Assembly (NCBI RefSeq): GCF_963921235.1
Contig: NC_086097.1
Span: 244,592,001-244,656,000, forward strand
From: Mobula hypostoma
Lineage: Eukaryota
DNA length: 64,000 bases
Direction of reading: 5' to 3'
In this document: piece by piece, positions 25,621 to 39,351 of the stretch
Position numbering within the stretch: the first letter of the stretch is position 1
Layout of the letters: each line of letters starts with the position of its first letter
Notes under the pieces: model-generated
Told to the model about the DNA's origin: nothing
Seen by the model: only the letters and a program-made list of their open reading frames with translations
Database searches by the model: none
Position numbers and translations under genes: made by a program

Positions 25621-27539
25621 TAATAATTGCAGTAGGTCATCAGATATTAAGAAGCATAGAAGGACAGAGGGATCCTGTGAGTGTGTGTCCGCAGAATTTT
25701 CATAGTAGCAAGACAGATGGGTTTAAGAAAATGTAATGGATGCCTTTATTGACATTCAAATACTGCAGGAGCAGGGAAGTCACCCAACAAATGCAGAAAT
25801 CAATTCGCTGAACAGCTGAAGTACTGCATAGAGCTCTGGTCACTACACTGCAGGAATGATTCCACTGCACTGAAGGTAGTGCAGAGAAAATGTACAAGGA
25901 TATTGCAGAGCTGAGAGATGGCTAGGCAGGAGTGAGTGCTGCAAAAAGCTGACAGAGGTCAACATGTTGAGTCTCTCATCATTTTATAGGCTCAATCGGG
26001 TCTTCGTGCGGTCTTTGTTCCAGCCCAGGCATCTCAAATTACCCTTCTTAAATTACAGATTCTGTGATGCCAAGTTTCTATTGTCAAGGATCATCCAAGC
26101 TTCAGATTCCACATTTCGGCTGAATCAAAGGTGGTGATGAATCAGCATATAGAAGGGAGGTTGAAAATCTAGCTGAATGGTGCCACAACCACAACCTCTC
26201 ACTTAATGTCAGCAAGATAAATGAGCTAATTATTGAGTACAGGAGGAGGAAACTGGAGGTCCATGAGCAAGTCCTCATCAGGCGATCAGAGGTGCAGAGG
26301 GTCAGCAACTGTAAATTCCTGTGTTATCATTTAAGAGGGTATGCTGTGGGTCCAACATGTAAGTGTCTGTTGTATTGGAAATTTGCGAAAATTTGCCATG
26401 TCATCCAAAACATTGACAAACTTCTGCAGATGTGCGGTGGAGAGTTTATTGACTGGTTGCATCGTGTCCAGGTACGGAAACACCAATGCCCTTGAACAGA
26501 AAAGTCTACAAAAGTAGTGGATACAGCCCAGTCCGTCACAGGTAAAGCCCTCACCACCATTGAGCACATCTACTTGGAGAAGTGGTGCAGGAAATCAGCA
26601 TCCACCATCAAAGACCCCCACCATCCAGGCCATGTTCCCTTCTCGGTGCTGCCATCAAGATGAAGGTACAGGAGCCTCAGGATTCACACCACCAGGTTCA
26701 GCAACAGCTCAATATTTATTGCTTTCTTTATTTATTAATATTATTTTGTTTGTTTGTTTTTGTTAGCAGGAAATCCTACAAAAGACGGGATTTCCCGGTG
26801 GCCAACTATTTTAATTCCTATCCCCATTCCCGTTCTAACATGTCTGGCCATGACCTCATCTTCTGCCATAATAAGGCCTCTTTCAGCTTGAAGGAACAAC
26901 ACTTCATATTCTGCCCAGGTACCCTCCAACATGATGGCATGAATGTTGATATTTCCAACTTCCAGTAATTTTTCCCCCTCCTGTTCCCTCTTTTTCAATT
27001 CCCCACCCTGGCCTCTTACCTCTTCTCTCACCTGCCTATCACCTCCCCCTGGTGTCCCTCCTCCTTCCCTTTCTCCCATGGTCCACTCTCCTCTCCTATC
27101 AGATTCCTTCTACTCCAGCCCTTTACCTTTTCCACCTATCATGACCCAGCCTCTTACTTCATACCCCCTCACCTAACCATTTGGCTTCACCTATCACCTT
27201 CCAGCTTGTACTCCTTCCCCTCCCCACCTTCTTATTCTGGCGTCTTCCCCCTTTCTTTCCAGTCCTGATAAAGGGTCTTGGCGCAAAACATTTCTGTTTA
27301 TTCATTTCCATAGATGCTGCCTGACCTGCTGAGTTCCTCCAGCATTTTTGTGCGTGTTGCTCTGGGTTTTGAGCATCTGCAGAATGTGTGTGTGTGGTTT
27401 TTTTTGTTTCTTTCTTTGTATTTACAGTGAATGCCCACAGGAAAATAAATCTCAAGGTTGTATATATGTGCCTTGATGATAAATTCACTTTGAAGTTTGA
27501 ACTTTGTACAAGGAACCATTATTAGATCTAGATGCAGAG

Positions 27540-27620
27540 CAGGGGTTCCCAACCAGGGGTCTACGGACACTTTTGCTTGCTGGTATTGGTCCAGGGCATA
27601 AAAGTGGTTGGGAACCCCTG
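27540..27620. mobile_element. Tiny hAT-type MITE
   Basis: Perfect TIR CAGGGGTTCCCAACC / GGTTGGGAACCCCTG. TSD ATGCAGAG / ATTCAGAG (7 of 8 match). Confidence 0.85.
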
Positions 27621-28394
27621 ATTCAGAGGTACAGCACAATAACTGGTCCTTACAGCCCAAAGAACCTACTTTGTCCAATTACACGCATGTGACCAGTTAA
27701 CCTACCAGCCAGTACATCTTTGGAATTTGTGAGAAAACCAGAGCACCCGGAGGAAATCCACACGGTCACGGGGACAACATACAAGCTACTTACAGAGATT
27801 GGTGGGAATTGAACCTGGGTTGCTGGTGCTATAATAGCTTTAAGTTGAACGCTATGCTACAGGGCTGCCCCAAATCAATGGTAGATAAATATGCTTCCTC
27901 TGTATCTATCTCGTGCCTGCAGCTCACCCACAATCTTTTGAAGTTTATCTGCAATTTAGCTTAGGGATTAGGCAGGAAAATTTTTTTTTAAATCTGCAGA
28001 TGCTGGAAATTTAATTGACACAAAAAGCTAAAACACTTCGGCAAGTCAGGCCGCTGCTGTTGGGAGAGAAACAAAGCCACCATTTCAGATCGGAGACCTT
28101 GGTCTGAACTGGGGAGCAGCCTGTTACACTGCAGGCCGTGCAGGGAAGGGTGGAGTCTCTGAGCAGGCAAAACTGGGGTGAAAGTGGGAATAAATTGTAA
28201 ACAAAGTTATCTGGTCAATGAATTGCAGCTGTCAGAGAATGTAGCAAATAGAATGTAGAAGTCATAAAATGCAGAAGAAGGATATATGCCCAGAAGTTTC
28301 GCTTGGGCATGCCCTCCACTTGCAGAGAGAAAAAAAGAATAAAGCAAAGTAAGCTGAGACAATATCACAGATGGGCAACTGACAAAGAAATCAC

Positions 28395-28690
28395 CACAGT
28401 AGTGTAGTGGTTAGCGCAAGTCTATTACAACTCGGGGAGTTTGGAGTTCAATTCCCACATTGTCGGTAAGGACCTCAGGTGTTCCCCCCATGACCGCGCA
28501 GGTTTGCTCCAGTTGCTCCAGTTTCCTCCCATGGCACAAAGACATAGCGGTTAGTAGGTTAATTGGTCATTGTAAATTGTCCTGTGATTAGGCTAGGATT
28601 TAATAGGTGGATTGCTGGGCGGCGTGGCTCGTTGGGTGGAAAGGCCTATCCCACACTGTATCACTGAATAAAATAAATTAAATAATAAAA
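28395..28690 (+). mobile_element. tRNA-derived SINE (V-SINE / HE1-like)
   Basis: A box TAGTGTAGTGG, B box GTTCAATTCC, V-domain-like GCTCCAGTTTCCTCCCA, AATAA tail. Related copies at about 27670-27870 (minus) and about 41860-42095. Confidence 0.72.
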
Positions 28691-28812
28691 CAACAAATGT
28701 GTAAATGAGCCTGAGTAGGATTGAAACAAAGACTGTTCCACATATCCAACAAAAAGACAGGCATAGTTTGGGACCATGTGGGTCTCCATAGCTACACCTT
28801 TAACATGGAGTG
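28690..28812 (-). mobile_element. Penelope-like RT remnant
   Basis: VKGVAMETHMVPNYACLFVGYVEQSLF resembles the PLE RT motif GxAMGxxxxPxxAxLF. Confidence 0.7.
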
Positions 28813-31261
28813 GAGCGTTTGCCCAGTCTGACCTTCTGGGCATTGCTCTACATTTCACAGTTCCTTTGTCTCTGTTCTCATTCGCCAACTACTCTCATTT
28901 ATTCACTGACCAGATAATCTTGTTCACAGCTTCTCCCCATGGTCACAATATTTGACCTTATATGAACTATCTCCCAGTTCACCCCTCCAACTCATTCTGC
29001 AGTGTCACAGCTTCCCTTGTCCCTTCACAGTGGGGCACTCCTTCACATCTTCCATTTTGTTATATTGCATTCAGTCCTCATGAAGCGCTGTCCTCTATAC
29101 AAAGGAAACTAAACATAAGACAATAAGATATCGGAGCAGAATTAGGCCATTTGGCCCTTCGAATCTACTCCATCATTTCACCTTTGCCGATCCACTTCCT
29201 TCTCAGCCCCTATCTCCTGCCTTTTCCACGTATCCCTTCATGTCCTGACTAATCAAGAATCTATCAACCTCTGCCTTAAATATACTCATTGCTTTAGCCT
29301 CCACGGCTGCCTGTGGCAATGAATTCCACAGATTCACCACTCTTTGCCAAAAGAAATTCCTCCTCCTCTCTGTTCGAAATGGACATCCCTCTATCCTGAG
29401 GCTACAGGTAATTACTTTGCAAAAGATAGTTTTCAAGAGAACCTTATTTAAATCTAATTCTTCATTCCATTCTCACTCTTTGAAATGTTACAACGACGAC
29501 CACGATCTCATCTTCCATCAAGGGCCACAGCAGTCTTCACAACTTCATACTGAGGCACTGAAACATGTGGTTGGTGCAATGCTTTACAACATCCAACTGT
29601 AAGAACGGGGTTGGAATAGGCAGTTCCAACTGCAACATTTAAGAAAAGTATATATGTTCTCCCAGGACCACGTAGGCTTACTCCAGATGTTGCCGTTTCC
29701 TCCTGCATTCCAGGGATGCACTGTCGTTGTGGGCATGTTATATTGGTGCCAGGTGTGCGGCGACACTTGCAGGCTGCCAGGCACAATCTTCACTGATTTA
29801 ATTTGATGAAAAATAATGCATTTCACTGTGTATTTCAATGTATATATGACAAATAAAGCTTATCACTGTAAATCGTTCTGTTAAGCCCTTCGCTCCACTC
29901 ATCTAGTCCATGCCAGCCTGGTTTTCTGCATAGTCCTGTCTAGCTGCATTCAGACCACAGCCCTCCATACCTCTCTCATCCAAGTATCCATCCAAACTTT
30001 TCTTAAATGTTGCAGTTGGAACTGCCTATTCCACTTCCACTGGCAAGTTGTTCCACACTCCCACCACCCTCTCAGTGAAGAAGATCCCACTTAAATATTT
30101 CACTTTTCATCCTAAACCTATGACCTCTGGTTCTAGGCTCTCCCAACCTGAGGAGAAAAAAAAAACATTCATCCTTACTATACCCCTCATAATTTTGAAC
30201 GCTTCTATAATAATACAGAATTCAGCAAGTTCAGATAACGAGTCTTTCACATTTGTGATGGAAGGTCACCTGGCTGTAATATTAAGTTCAGTTTTTCTTT
30301 CTCCACAGACGCTGCTTGATCTTTTGGACATTACCGTGTTCTCTTTTTTTTTCTGATTCATTAATATCCCTGAGGAAGTTATTTTTAGTTGATTCCTAAA
30401 ATCCAAAAAAGTCCAATGCAGAAAATACAATTAAAATTTTCTAAATGGAATAAATTCAGAAATAGGAAGAGGCTTGGATCATCAGAAATCTTGGATATGA
30501 TATTTGGGCCTATAACCTTAATTGTTGCTGGTGACGCAACCGATTGCAGAAGCTTCTGTGGGGCTAACCAGAGATGTTACTGTCTTCTTATAATTATTTT
30601 TTATATGATCACAAGACACTGGTTGACATGAAGAACTTAAAGTACTGCAGGTCTACCCCATCAGCAAGTTGCTTGTTGGTGGAGAAACTGAAGAAGTTGG
30701 ACTTGATGCAGATCATGATGCTGCCTGGTAGTCAGGGAGGTGTTGACGGACTCGGTGTGTGAGGGTGGTGTGCAGTCTAATGGTAAGTGATCATCTTAGT
30801 CGCTTTTCTTGTGATCACTAGATCCTGTTGAATATTGTTGACGTGGAATGCTGCAAGTCTGATTCGCTGATTTATTGGCAGATGGAAGGAGAGAACAGCA
30901 GGGGAGCTGTGTGGTCTTGGTCATAGTGAGGTCTAGGCCTTAAGCCGCTATGTCTCCTGTTTACAGTCATTCAGGAGAGATGCGTCAGAGTCGGTGTGCT
31001 CCATCTGAGGCAATGCAGCCCGGTGCCCAAGCAGAAGTTAGTGCTGCCCCCCAGTGTTCACTTGGCAGAAGACAAGCTGTAATGTGTTTGACTGCAGACT
31101 GTTTCAACTGTTTCAACATTAATGGACTCAGGGTCTTGGACTATTTTTTTGTGTGAGATTTTATTTTGCTGATATCTTATATGTGCTATATGTGCCTTGT
31201 CCTGTGTGTGATTGTTGGTACTTAAGATGGTGGTGAATATTGGTAGCTTGGATTGAGGCAT

Positions 31262-31790
31262 TTGATGTTGTCGTGTTCACCGAGCTTGGCAATTAGCTTG
31301 CAGACGTTTCATCACCAGTCGAGGTGACATCCTCAGTGCGCAGTTGTTGGTGTTTTCCTCTAGGAGTGCTTGCGTTGACATAGCCCCACCCCCATTCACT
31401 TGCCTTGGTCCTGATTGGCTACCACTTCAGATGACCTCCGAATTCTATTGGCTTGTGTTTCCTTGGCTCTTAAGGGTTTGTAGATGGCAGCTATATCGAT
31501 ATGTTTGTTTACAGAGTTAACAGAAAAGAACCACACTTCTAAAAGTTCTCGTGCCTGCTTTGTGTTTGCCTGCGCCAGAACCTCCGTGGTGTCCCAGTTA
31601 AAGTGATGTCCTTTTTGGTCTTCATGTACGGAGGTCAGAGACGGTGAATCATGTCTCTGTACCGCCAGTTTGTGTTCCCGTAAACAAGTTGAGAGTTTAC
31701 ATCCTGTTTGGCTGACATAGTTCTTGTTGCAGTGTCCACATGTAATCACGTACACCACATTGCTTTTGTTGGTTGTCTTTACTGTATTGT
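31262..31790 (-). mobile_element. Penelope-like element 3' end (GIY-YIG + hammerhead), second family
   Basis: SNVVYVITCGHCNKNYVSQTGCKLSTCLREH...HHFNW...ARELLE.W, followed downstream by a hammerhead core at 31300-31339. Confidence 0.88.
31300..31339 (-). ncRNA. Minimal type-I hammerhead ribozyme motif
   Basis: 5'-GCA CTGAGGA T GTCACC TCGACT GGTGAT GAAAC GTC TGC-3': CUGANGA and GAAA cores, 6-bp stem II, GUC triplet, 3-bp stem I. Activity not established. Confidence 0.7.
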
Positions 31791-31959
31791 GTTTTGCAAT
31801 TTGGCCTTGGAGTAACACTTTCATTTGACTGTATTCATGTATGGTTGAATGACAATTAAACTTGAACTAAGAACTTGGATTTGGTATGAATAAGGGATTT
31901 AAACTTAAATTTTTATCCGTAATATCAATTTGATGTGACATCGGAAAGGTAGGCAAAGT

Positions 31960-33020
31960 AACATTCAAAAAATTTCTAATCTGTAGATATTTAAAAAAGT
32001 GCGATTTAGGTAAATTGTAGTTATTAGATAACTGTTCAAAAGACATAAAACAGTTATCCGTAAATAAATCACGAAGATCATGAAAATCCCTTCGGGGTAT
32101 CTGATAAAATAAAGAACGAATGGGAACGAGAACTTCAAGTAAATATACCCATAGAAGAATGGGAAAAGATTTTTAAATTAGTTAATACTTCTTCAATGTG
32201 TGCCAGACATACTTTAATACAATTTAAAGTGGTTCATGGAACATACATGTCAAAAGATAAACTAGCCCGTTTATATTCCCATATAAACCCTATGTGTGAC
32301 AGATGTAAATCTGAGGTTGCTTCTTTAACCCCTATATTTTGGTCCTGCCCTCTTTTGAAAAAATACTGGAAAGACATCTTTGACATTGTTTCAGCAGTTT
32401 TACATATTGATTTACAACTTCATCCTATTACTGCAATTTTTGGATTACCAATGATTGATTCTAATTATTTATCATCTTCAGCCCGCCGTTTGATAGCATT
32501 TGTTACACTGATGGACAGAAGATCCATTTTATTTAAATGGAAAGATTTTGATCCCCCTACTACACTTCAATGGTTTTCTCAAACTATAGCTTGTTAAAAC
32601 CTAGAAAAAATCAGGAGTAGCACGGTTAATTCCTCGATTAAACTCGAGGAAACTTGGGAGTCCTTTATTCAATATTTCCATACATATGACTTAAATTGAT
32701 TTTCTTTTTGAATCTTTTTTCCTAATATTTAATTGTTTATGGAAGGAGAAACGGAGTCAAGGACAGAATAATTATAATTGACAAATTATCGCGCCCAGTT
32801 TTTTTTTCTGTTTAGTTTAGGGGGTTTTTGTTTTTTTTTCTTGAACAAATCTTTTGAACTTTTCTTCGGTTTCAATTATCAAGAGATCGGGAGGACCTGT
32901 CTGGATATGATATTTGAAACTTATGTTTGTATTGTTGTAATCCTGCTCTCTTGGTATTGTTATTATTGATATGTTCATTTAACTGATTATAATGTAATAA
33001 AAAGATTTGAAAAGAAAGAA
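31960..33020 (+). mobile_element. L1-clade LINE 3' end
   Basis: CARHTLIQFKVVH...CDRCK...SLT.IFWSCP zinc-knuckle region, then AATAAA and an A-rich tail near 32996-33020. Confidence 0.82.
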
Positions 33021-33171
33021 AGAACTTGGACTTGGTATGGATCATGAATTGCTGGGGCCAGACACTAAAATGTGTAATAACCACTAAGCCTCAACTAATT
33101 CTGTCATAAGACATGGGAGCAAAATTCGGACATTCAGCTCATTGAGTCTGCTCTGCCATGCAATCATGGCT

Positions 33172-33354
33172 ACACACATAAAATGCTGGAGGAACTCAGA
33201 AGACCAGGCAGCATCTATGGAAAAAAGCACAGTAGAGGTTTTGGCCCGAAATGTCGACCGTGCTTTTTTTCCATAGATGCTGCCTGGCCTGTTGAGTTCC
33301 TCCAGCATTTTATGTGCGTTGCTCAGATTTCCACCATCTGCAGATTTTCTCTTG
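33172..33354. mobile_element. Fold-back Penelope-derived mini-element
   Basis: About 60-bp inverted arms. 15-bp TSD CATGCAATCATGGCT at 33157-33171 and 33355-33369. Confidence 0.88.
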
Positions 33355-34339
33355 CATGCAATCATGGCTGTTTTATTTTCACTCTCAACCTCATTCTCCT
33401 TGCTTAATTAAATACCTGTCAACTGCCACTTAAAATATACTCAATGACTTGGCCTGCACAGCGATCTGTGGCAATGAATTCACGAATTCACCACCCTCTG
33501 GCTAAAGAAATTCTTCCTCATCTCTGTTCTAAAGAGACATCCTTCTATTCTGCCCTCTAGTCCTAGACTCATCCATGATTAGAAATTAGGTCTTTCAATA
33601 TTCAGTAGGTTACAATGAGATTCTCCCTCATTCTTGTGGTCATGCCCCCTAGTCTTGTGGTCAAAAACTTTTCCACAATTAATAGGGAATGTAGCCTATC
33701 AACTGATGAAACATCCCTTGGCAGCATGTGGAAGAGATAGAATCTCAACGTGTAGTGACAGTTGGTGATCGCACATCCAGTCTCTGTACACAACTTATTG
33801 CACCGCACATTAATATGCTCAGATGACTGTCATGGCACAGGAGCCAGGCACGGACCAAACACCTCACACCTATGACCAGGTTGACAAACATCTATAGATG
33901 CATATTGGAGAGCGTCCTGACTGGATACATCATGGCCTGGTATGGAAACACCAATGCCTGGGAACAGAAAAGTCTACAGAAAGTGGTGGATACTGCCTCA
34001 ACATTACAGGGAAAGCCCTGCCTGTTATTTAGCACATTTACAAGGCAGTCTGCCCTTAGAGAGCACTATCCATCATCAACAGTTATTACCCTAAAATTAT
34101 CAGGCTTCGGAACCAGCGTGGATAACTTCACTCGCCACAACTCTGAACTGATTCCACAACCTACAGACTCACTTTCAAGGACTCTGCATCTCATGTTCTC
34201 AATGTTATTTATATATTTATTTATTTTATTTGCACGATTTGTCTTGTCTAGCACATTGGTTGTTCGTCAGTCTTTGTTTACATATAGATTTTCATAAATT
34301 CTATTCTATTTCTTTATGTTTTCCTGTAAATTCCTAGCA

Positions 34340-34802
34340 AGTGGTGGGTTGGAGATTTGTCTCACCCAAAGGAGGTGTAAAGTGCTCCCTCTACTGGCTT
34401 GCAGGTCACCCTTGGGCAAGGTGTAGCACCTGCTTAGCCCCTCTCCCCCGATCAGGGTCACATGAAACCATGGGAGCAGATGGTGGACGGTCATATAACC
34501 ATACAGGTCCTGGTTATGCAATCACTGACACCGATTGGGGGTTCCCAACCATTTTTATGGAATGTAGCAATACCATTAAGCAAGGGGTGCATGGACCAAC
34601 AGTTTAGGAACCCCTAGCCTAGATAATCAGGTCTTGGGCACAATAACTGACCTGTTGCAGAAAACTTCACCCATCTTGTAAAGATACTGCCCAGAAGAAG
34701 GCAATGGCAAACCACTTCTGTAGAAAAATTTGCTATGAACAATCATGGTCAAAGACCGTGATCGCCACGTAATATGACACGGCACATAATGATGACGATG
34801 AC
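34340..34802 (+). mobile_element. SINE-like repeat with (GAT)n-like tail, containing a tiny hAT MITE at about 34536-34616
   Basis: Homologous to 46363-46747 over its whole length except for the MITE. Confidence 0.7.
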
Positions 34803-36054
34803 CAAGCAAGAAAATTTCACGGTGGTATTTGGTGACTTATATGTACTTTGTTAATAAATTTACTTTGACTTTCCCATCTTCAAGATGGAGCACCTTCCAC
34901 ACCCCCAGCTTGGCTATTAGCTCTTGAAAATTTGTGCCGTCTGCCCTGGTTCATTCAAAGCCGATCCCAGCCACCTTCATGTAATCAGACTTTATGGTGA
35001 AGGGAACAACTGATCAGTTAAAAAAACTTATTGCCTGTTATGCCATTGGTGTTTAGGGCAGCAATGAAAGTCCTCCATCCCTGGTGGTGTTCAGGGCTTC
35101 CTTCATTGTATCAGTAGCTCGGTTTTCACTACTGTCAGTCGTGCAAGTCCTGAGTGGAGACTCAGGAATACCGTCGCACTCAGACGTAGAAGGATTCTTC
35201 ATTGCTGTTTCCATAACAATTTTGTTTTACCAGTTCAGGTTGTTAGCCCCAAGCTGAACCCCTGAACCTGGAGGACAATTGGACCACTCTTTCTCTACCC
35301 TTTGACCTGTCTGTCCTCTACCCTTTGACCTTTTTGGCATGGGTGACCTGACCAAAAGCCAAAGCATGAAGCCCTGACTCCAGCCAACATAGCTCTCCAG
35401 GTCATTGAGGCACACAAGCCTCCAAAATCAATGACAATATTATGGTTCTCCACTACCAAATAACGTGGATTTACCGTTGCTGCAATGGACTCTGGCCAGT
35501 CAATATATTAGGAGGTCTTGACTTTAGATCCCAGTTGAAGGTATTGATGGGATGGTCATCAGTCCCTCTGATGGCTATCGTCAGTAAGTGTGAGGTGATG
35601 CATTTGGTCAGTCAAAACCAAAGTAAGACATACTATGAACGGTAGGGCACTAGGGAGTGCAATGGAATAGAGGAACCGAGGAGTACAAGTGCATACTATT
35701 GTGTACTTAATATTTAAGTAATGCTTGAGTAATACACACAGTGTGCTGGAGGAGCTCAGCAGGTCAGGCAGCAACTATGGATGAGAATAAACAGTCGAAG
35801 TTTTGGGCTGAGACCCTTTGTCAAGACTGGAAAGGAAGAGGAGAAGTCAGTGTAAGAAGGTGGGGGGAGGGGAGGTAAAAGTACAAGATGGCAGGTGATT
35901 TTGTAATACAGGAGCATGGGTTAACTTGTCTACTTAGTTTTTTTTCCCCTTTTCTGTAATGAGGTGCTCGCATTTGACCTGGTGGCATAATGACGTATGC
36001 CATTCACATACTTCTTACTTCAAAGTAAATTTTATTATCAAAGTACATATATAT

Positions 36055-37940
36055 CATAGAAACATAGAAAATAGGTACAAGAGTAGGCCATTCGGCCCTT
36101 CGAGCCTGCACCGCCATTCAGTACGATCATGACTGATCATCCAACTCAGAACCCTGTACCTGCCTTCTCTCCATACCCCCTGATCCCGTTAGCCACAAGA
36201 GCCATATCTAACTCCCTCTTAAATATAGCCAATGAACTGACCTCAACTGTTTCCTGTGGCAGAGAATTCCACAGATTCACCACTCTGTGTGAAGAAATTT
36301 TTCCTCATCTCGGTCCTAAAAGGCTTTACCTTTATCCTCAAACTGTGACCCCTCGTTCTGGACTTCCCCAACATCGGGAACAATCTTCCTACATCTAGTC
36401 TGTCCAATCCCTTTAGAATTTTATACGTTTCAATCAGATCCCCCCTCAATCTTCTAAATTCCAGAGAGTCTAAGCCTAGTCGATCCAGTCTTTCATCTTA
36501 TGAAAGTCCTGCCATCCCAGGAATCAATCTGTGAACCTTCTTTGTACTCTCTCTATGGCAAGAATGTCTTTCCTCAGATTAGGGGACCAAAACTGCACAC
36601 AATACTCCAGGTGTGGTCTCACCAAGGCCTTGTTCAACTGCAGTAGTACCTCCTTGCTCCTGTACTCAAATCCTCTTGCTATGAATGCCAGCATACCATT
36701 CGCCTTTTTCACCGCCTGCTGTACCTGCATGCCCACTTTCAATGACTGGTGTATAATGACACCCAGGTCTCGTTGCACCTCCTCTTTTCCTAATCGGCCA
36801 CCATTCAGATAATAATCTGTTTTCCTGTTCTTGCCACCAAAGTGGATAACCTCATGTTTATCCACATTAAATTGCATCTGCCATGAATTTGCCCACTCAC
36901 CTAACCTACCTAAGTCACCCTGCATCCTCTTAGCATCCTCCTCACAGCTAACACTGCCGTCCAGCTTCGTGTCATCTGCAAACTTGGAGATGCTGCATTT
37001 AATTCCCTCGTCTAAGTCATTAATATATATTGTAAACAACTGGGGTCCCAGCACTGAGCCTTGCGGTACCCCACTAGTCACTGCCTGCCAATCTGAAAAG
37101 GTCCCGTTTATTCCCACTCTTTGCTTCCTGTCTCCCAACCAATTCTCTATTCACATCAATACCTTACCCCCAATACCGTGTGCTTTAAGTTTGCACACTA
37201 ATCTCCTATGTGGACCTTGTCCAAAGCCTTTTGAAAATCCAAATATACCACATCCACTGGTTCTCCCCTATCCACTCTACTAGTTATATCCTCAAAAAAT
37301 TCTATGAGATTCGTCAGACATGATTTTCCTTTCACAAATCCATGCTGACTTTGTCTGATGGTTTCACCGCTTTCCAAATGTGCTGTTATCACATCTTTGA
37401 TAACTGACTCTAGCATTTTCCCCACCACCAATGTCAGGCTTACCGGTCTATAATTCCCCGGTTTCTCTCTCCCTTCTTTTTTAAAAAGTGGGGTTACATT
37501 AGCCACCCTCCAATCCTCAGGAACTAGTCCAGAATCTAAAGAGTTTTGAAAAATTATCACTAATGCATCCACTATTTCTTGGGCTACTTCCTTAAGCACT
37601 CTGGGATGCAGACTATCTGGCCCTGGGGATTTATCTGCCTTTAATCCCCTCAATTTACCTAACACCACTTCCCTACCAACATGTATTTCCCTCAGTTCCT
37701 CCATCTCACTAGACCCTCGGTCCCCTACTATTTCTGGAAGATTATTTATGTCCTCCTTAGTGAAGACAGAACCAAAGTAGTTATTCAATTGGTCTGCCAT
37801 GTCCTTGTTCCCCATGATCAATTCACCTGTTTCTGACTGTAAGGGACCTACATTTGTCTTAACCAATCTTTTTCTTTTCACATACCTATAAAAGCTTTTA
37901 CAGTCAGTTTTTATGTTCCCTGCCAGCTTTCTCTCATAAT
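36055..37940 (-). mobile_element. CR1 LINE ORF2 3' half, relatively young
   Basis: Long ORF pieces with [40 protein letters not shown], and a TTCTATG tail. Confidence 0.93.
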
Positions 37941-38116
37941 CTATCACTAGATACAACCCTGAGATTCATTTTCTTGCAGGCATACCCAGAAAATGCATAG
38001 AATAGTAATTATAACAGGCTTCAAAGGTTAGGAGATTCATTTTATTATCAAAATATGCATGTACAATGCAACTCTGATATTCGTCTTCTCCAAATAGCCA
38101 TGAGATACAGACAAAC

Positions 38117-38457
38117 CATGTTCCCTCTAAGGTGTGCATGACTGTGCACGCACACAGTTTTGCTACTAGCACACAAAGGAATTTAAACTCTGTACAAAAG
38201 GTTGACACCCTCTAACTTGACTTGTTAAGTATATTTCACAATCGTACACAGTCACATTTCCTTTTCCGGTTTCTGATTGAGCAGTGTTGACAACGTGGAG
38301 CTTGCAATGATTTGTCTGTAGATTTTAGAACCCGCTTATTTATATTGTTTGTATTGAAGAAATTATTGAGCGCGCACATATTGTTGTCACTGGGCAAAAA
38401 ATTGCACAGCACAAGATTTTTGCACACATTGATCATTACAAATTAGAGGGGAAATTG
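38117..38457. mobile_element. Non-autonomous DNA transposon (MITE)
   Basis: Imperfect TIRs CATGTTCCCTCTAA / TTAGAGGGGAAATTG. TSD not clear. Confidence 0.6.
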
Positions 38458-38539
38458 CATGGGAGTCGTTGAAAGAAAAGACATCACCCCCCCTCCACCC
38501 CGTAGGAAAGAGAAAAAGAAACAAATCTCACAAACCCCA

Positions 38540-39351
38540 GGTGGAGCGAAGTTAAGATGACACTAAATGGCGACTCCTTGCTTGCATCTTTGGAAACAAC
38601 TCTATTTCCATCTTTAATATCTCTATTTTTCCCTTTCAAGGTTTTTTTGAAGACCCTCACCTGGGGTTACAGGCTGACTTTGGTTCTTTGCGGGAATGGG
38701 ACCCGTTCTCGGGGTTTCAGGACTCGCCATTGTTCAGCACGCTAAGGGTTCAGCCTGAGAGTCCAGCTCGGAAGCCTAAGATCTCGGGGCTCTGGAGAAG
38801 GGCGGATCAAGGGTCTGTTTCACGAAAGTAGACCCATGTGTTTTCGGGGGAGTCAAGATATCTGCTGTGGGCCTGAAAACCTGGGATCTTTGCGATCTTT
38901 GGGCACAGAGCTCGAAAAAAGCGATGTAACAGACTTTTTAACATTGTAAGCCAGGAAGTTGGTTGTTATGTCTCCCTGTTTGCTGGGAAAATGGAGACAC
39001 CTTTTTCTCCCTTATTAGGGAGAGAGAGAATCTGCGGTATGTCGAATGCTGGGTGTAAAGTGAAGTCTTTGGGTAACTGCAAGTCTGTGTCTTTGCTAGT
39101 GCTTTGCTCAGGCTTGAATGCTTGGTGACAGTGCCAATGCTGCTTTTTTTGCCGGGGGGGGGGGATTGTTGCTTGCTGCCGCTTACGCGCAATGGGGAGT
39201 GGAGCTGGGGGGACTTTGGGGTTCTTACGTTTATCTGTCGTTCATTCTTTAGGGCACTTCTCTGTTTTCGTGGATGTGTGTGAAGAAAAAGCATTTCAGG
39301 ATGTATATTGTATACATTTCTCTGATATTAAATTGGACCTTTGAACCTTTG
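38540..39351 (+). mobile_element. Non-coding non-autonomous retroelement with (CCTTTGA)2 tail
   Basis: 8-bp TSD AAACCCCA at 38532-38539 and 39352-39359. 3' end resembles the Rex1/Babar-type tails elsewhere in the window. Confidence 0.72.

Noticed and set aside
28395..28470. tRNA genes (also about 16280-16353, 47849-47925 and 62192-62265)
   Set aside because: A/B boxes are present but there is no full cloverleaf, and each continues into a SINE body.
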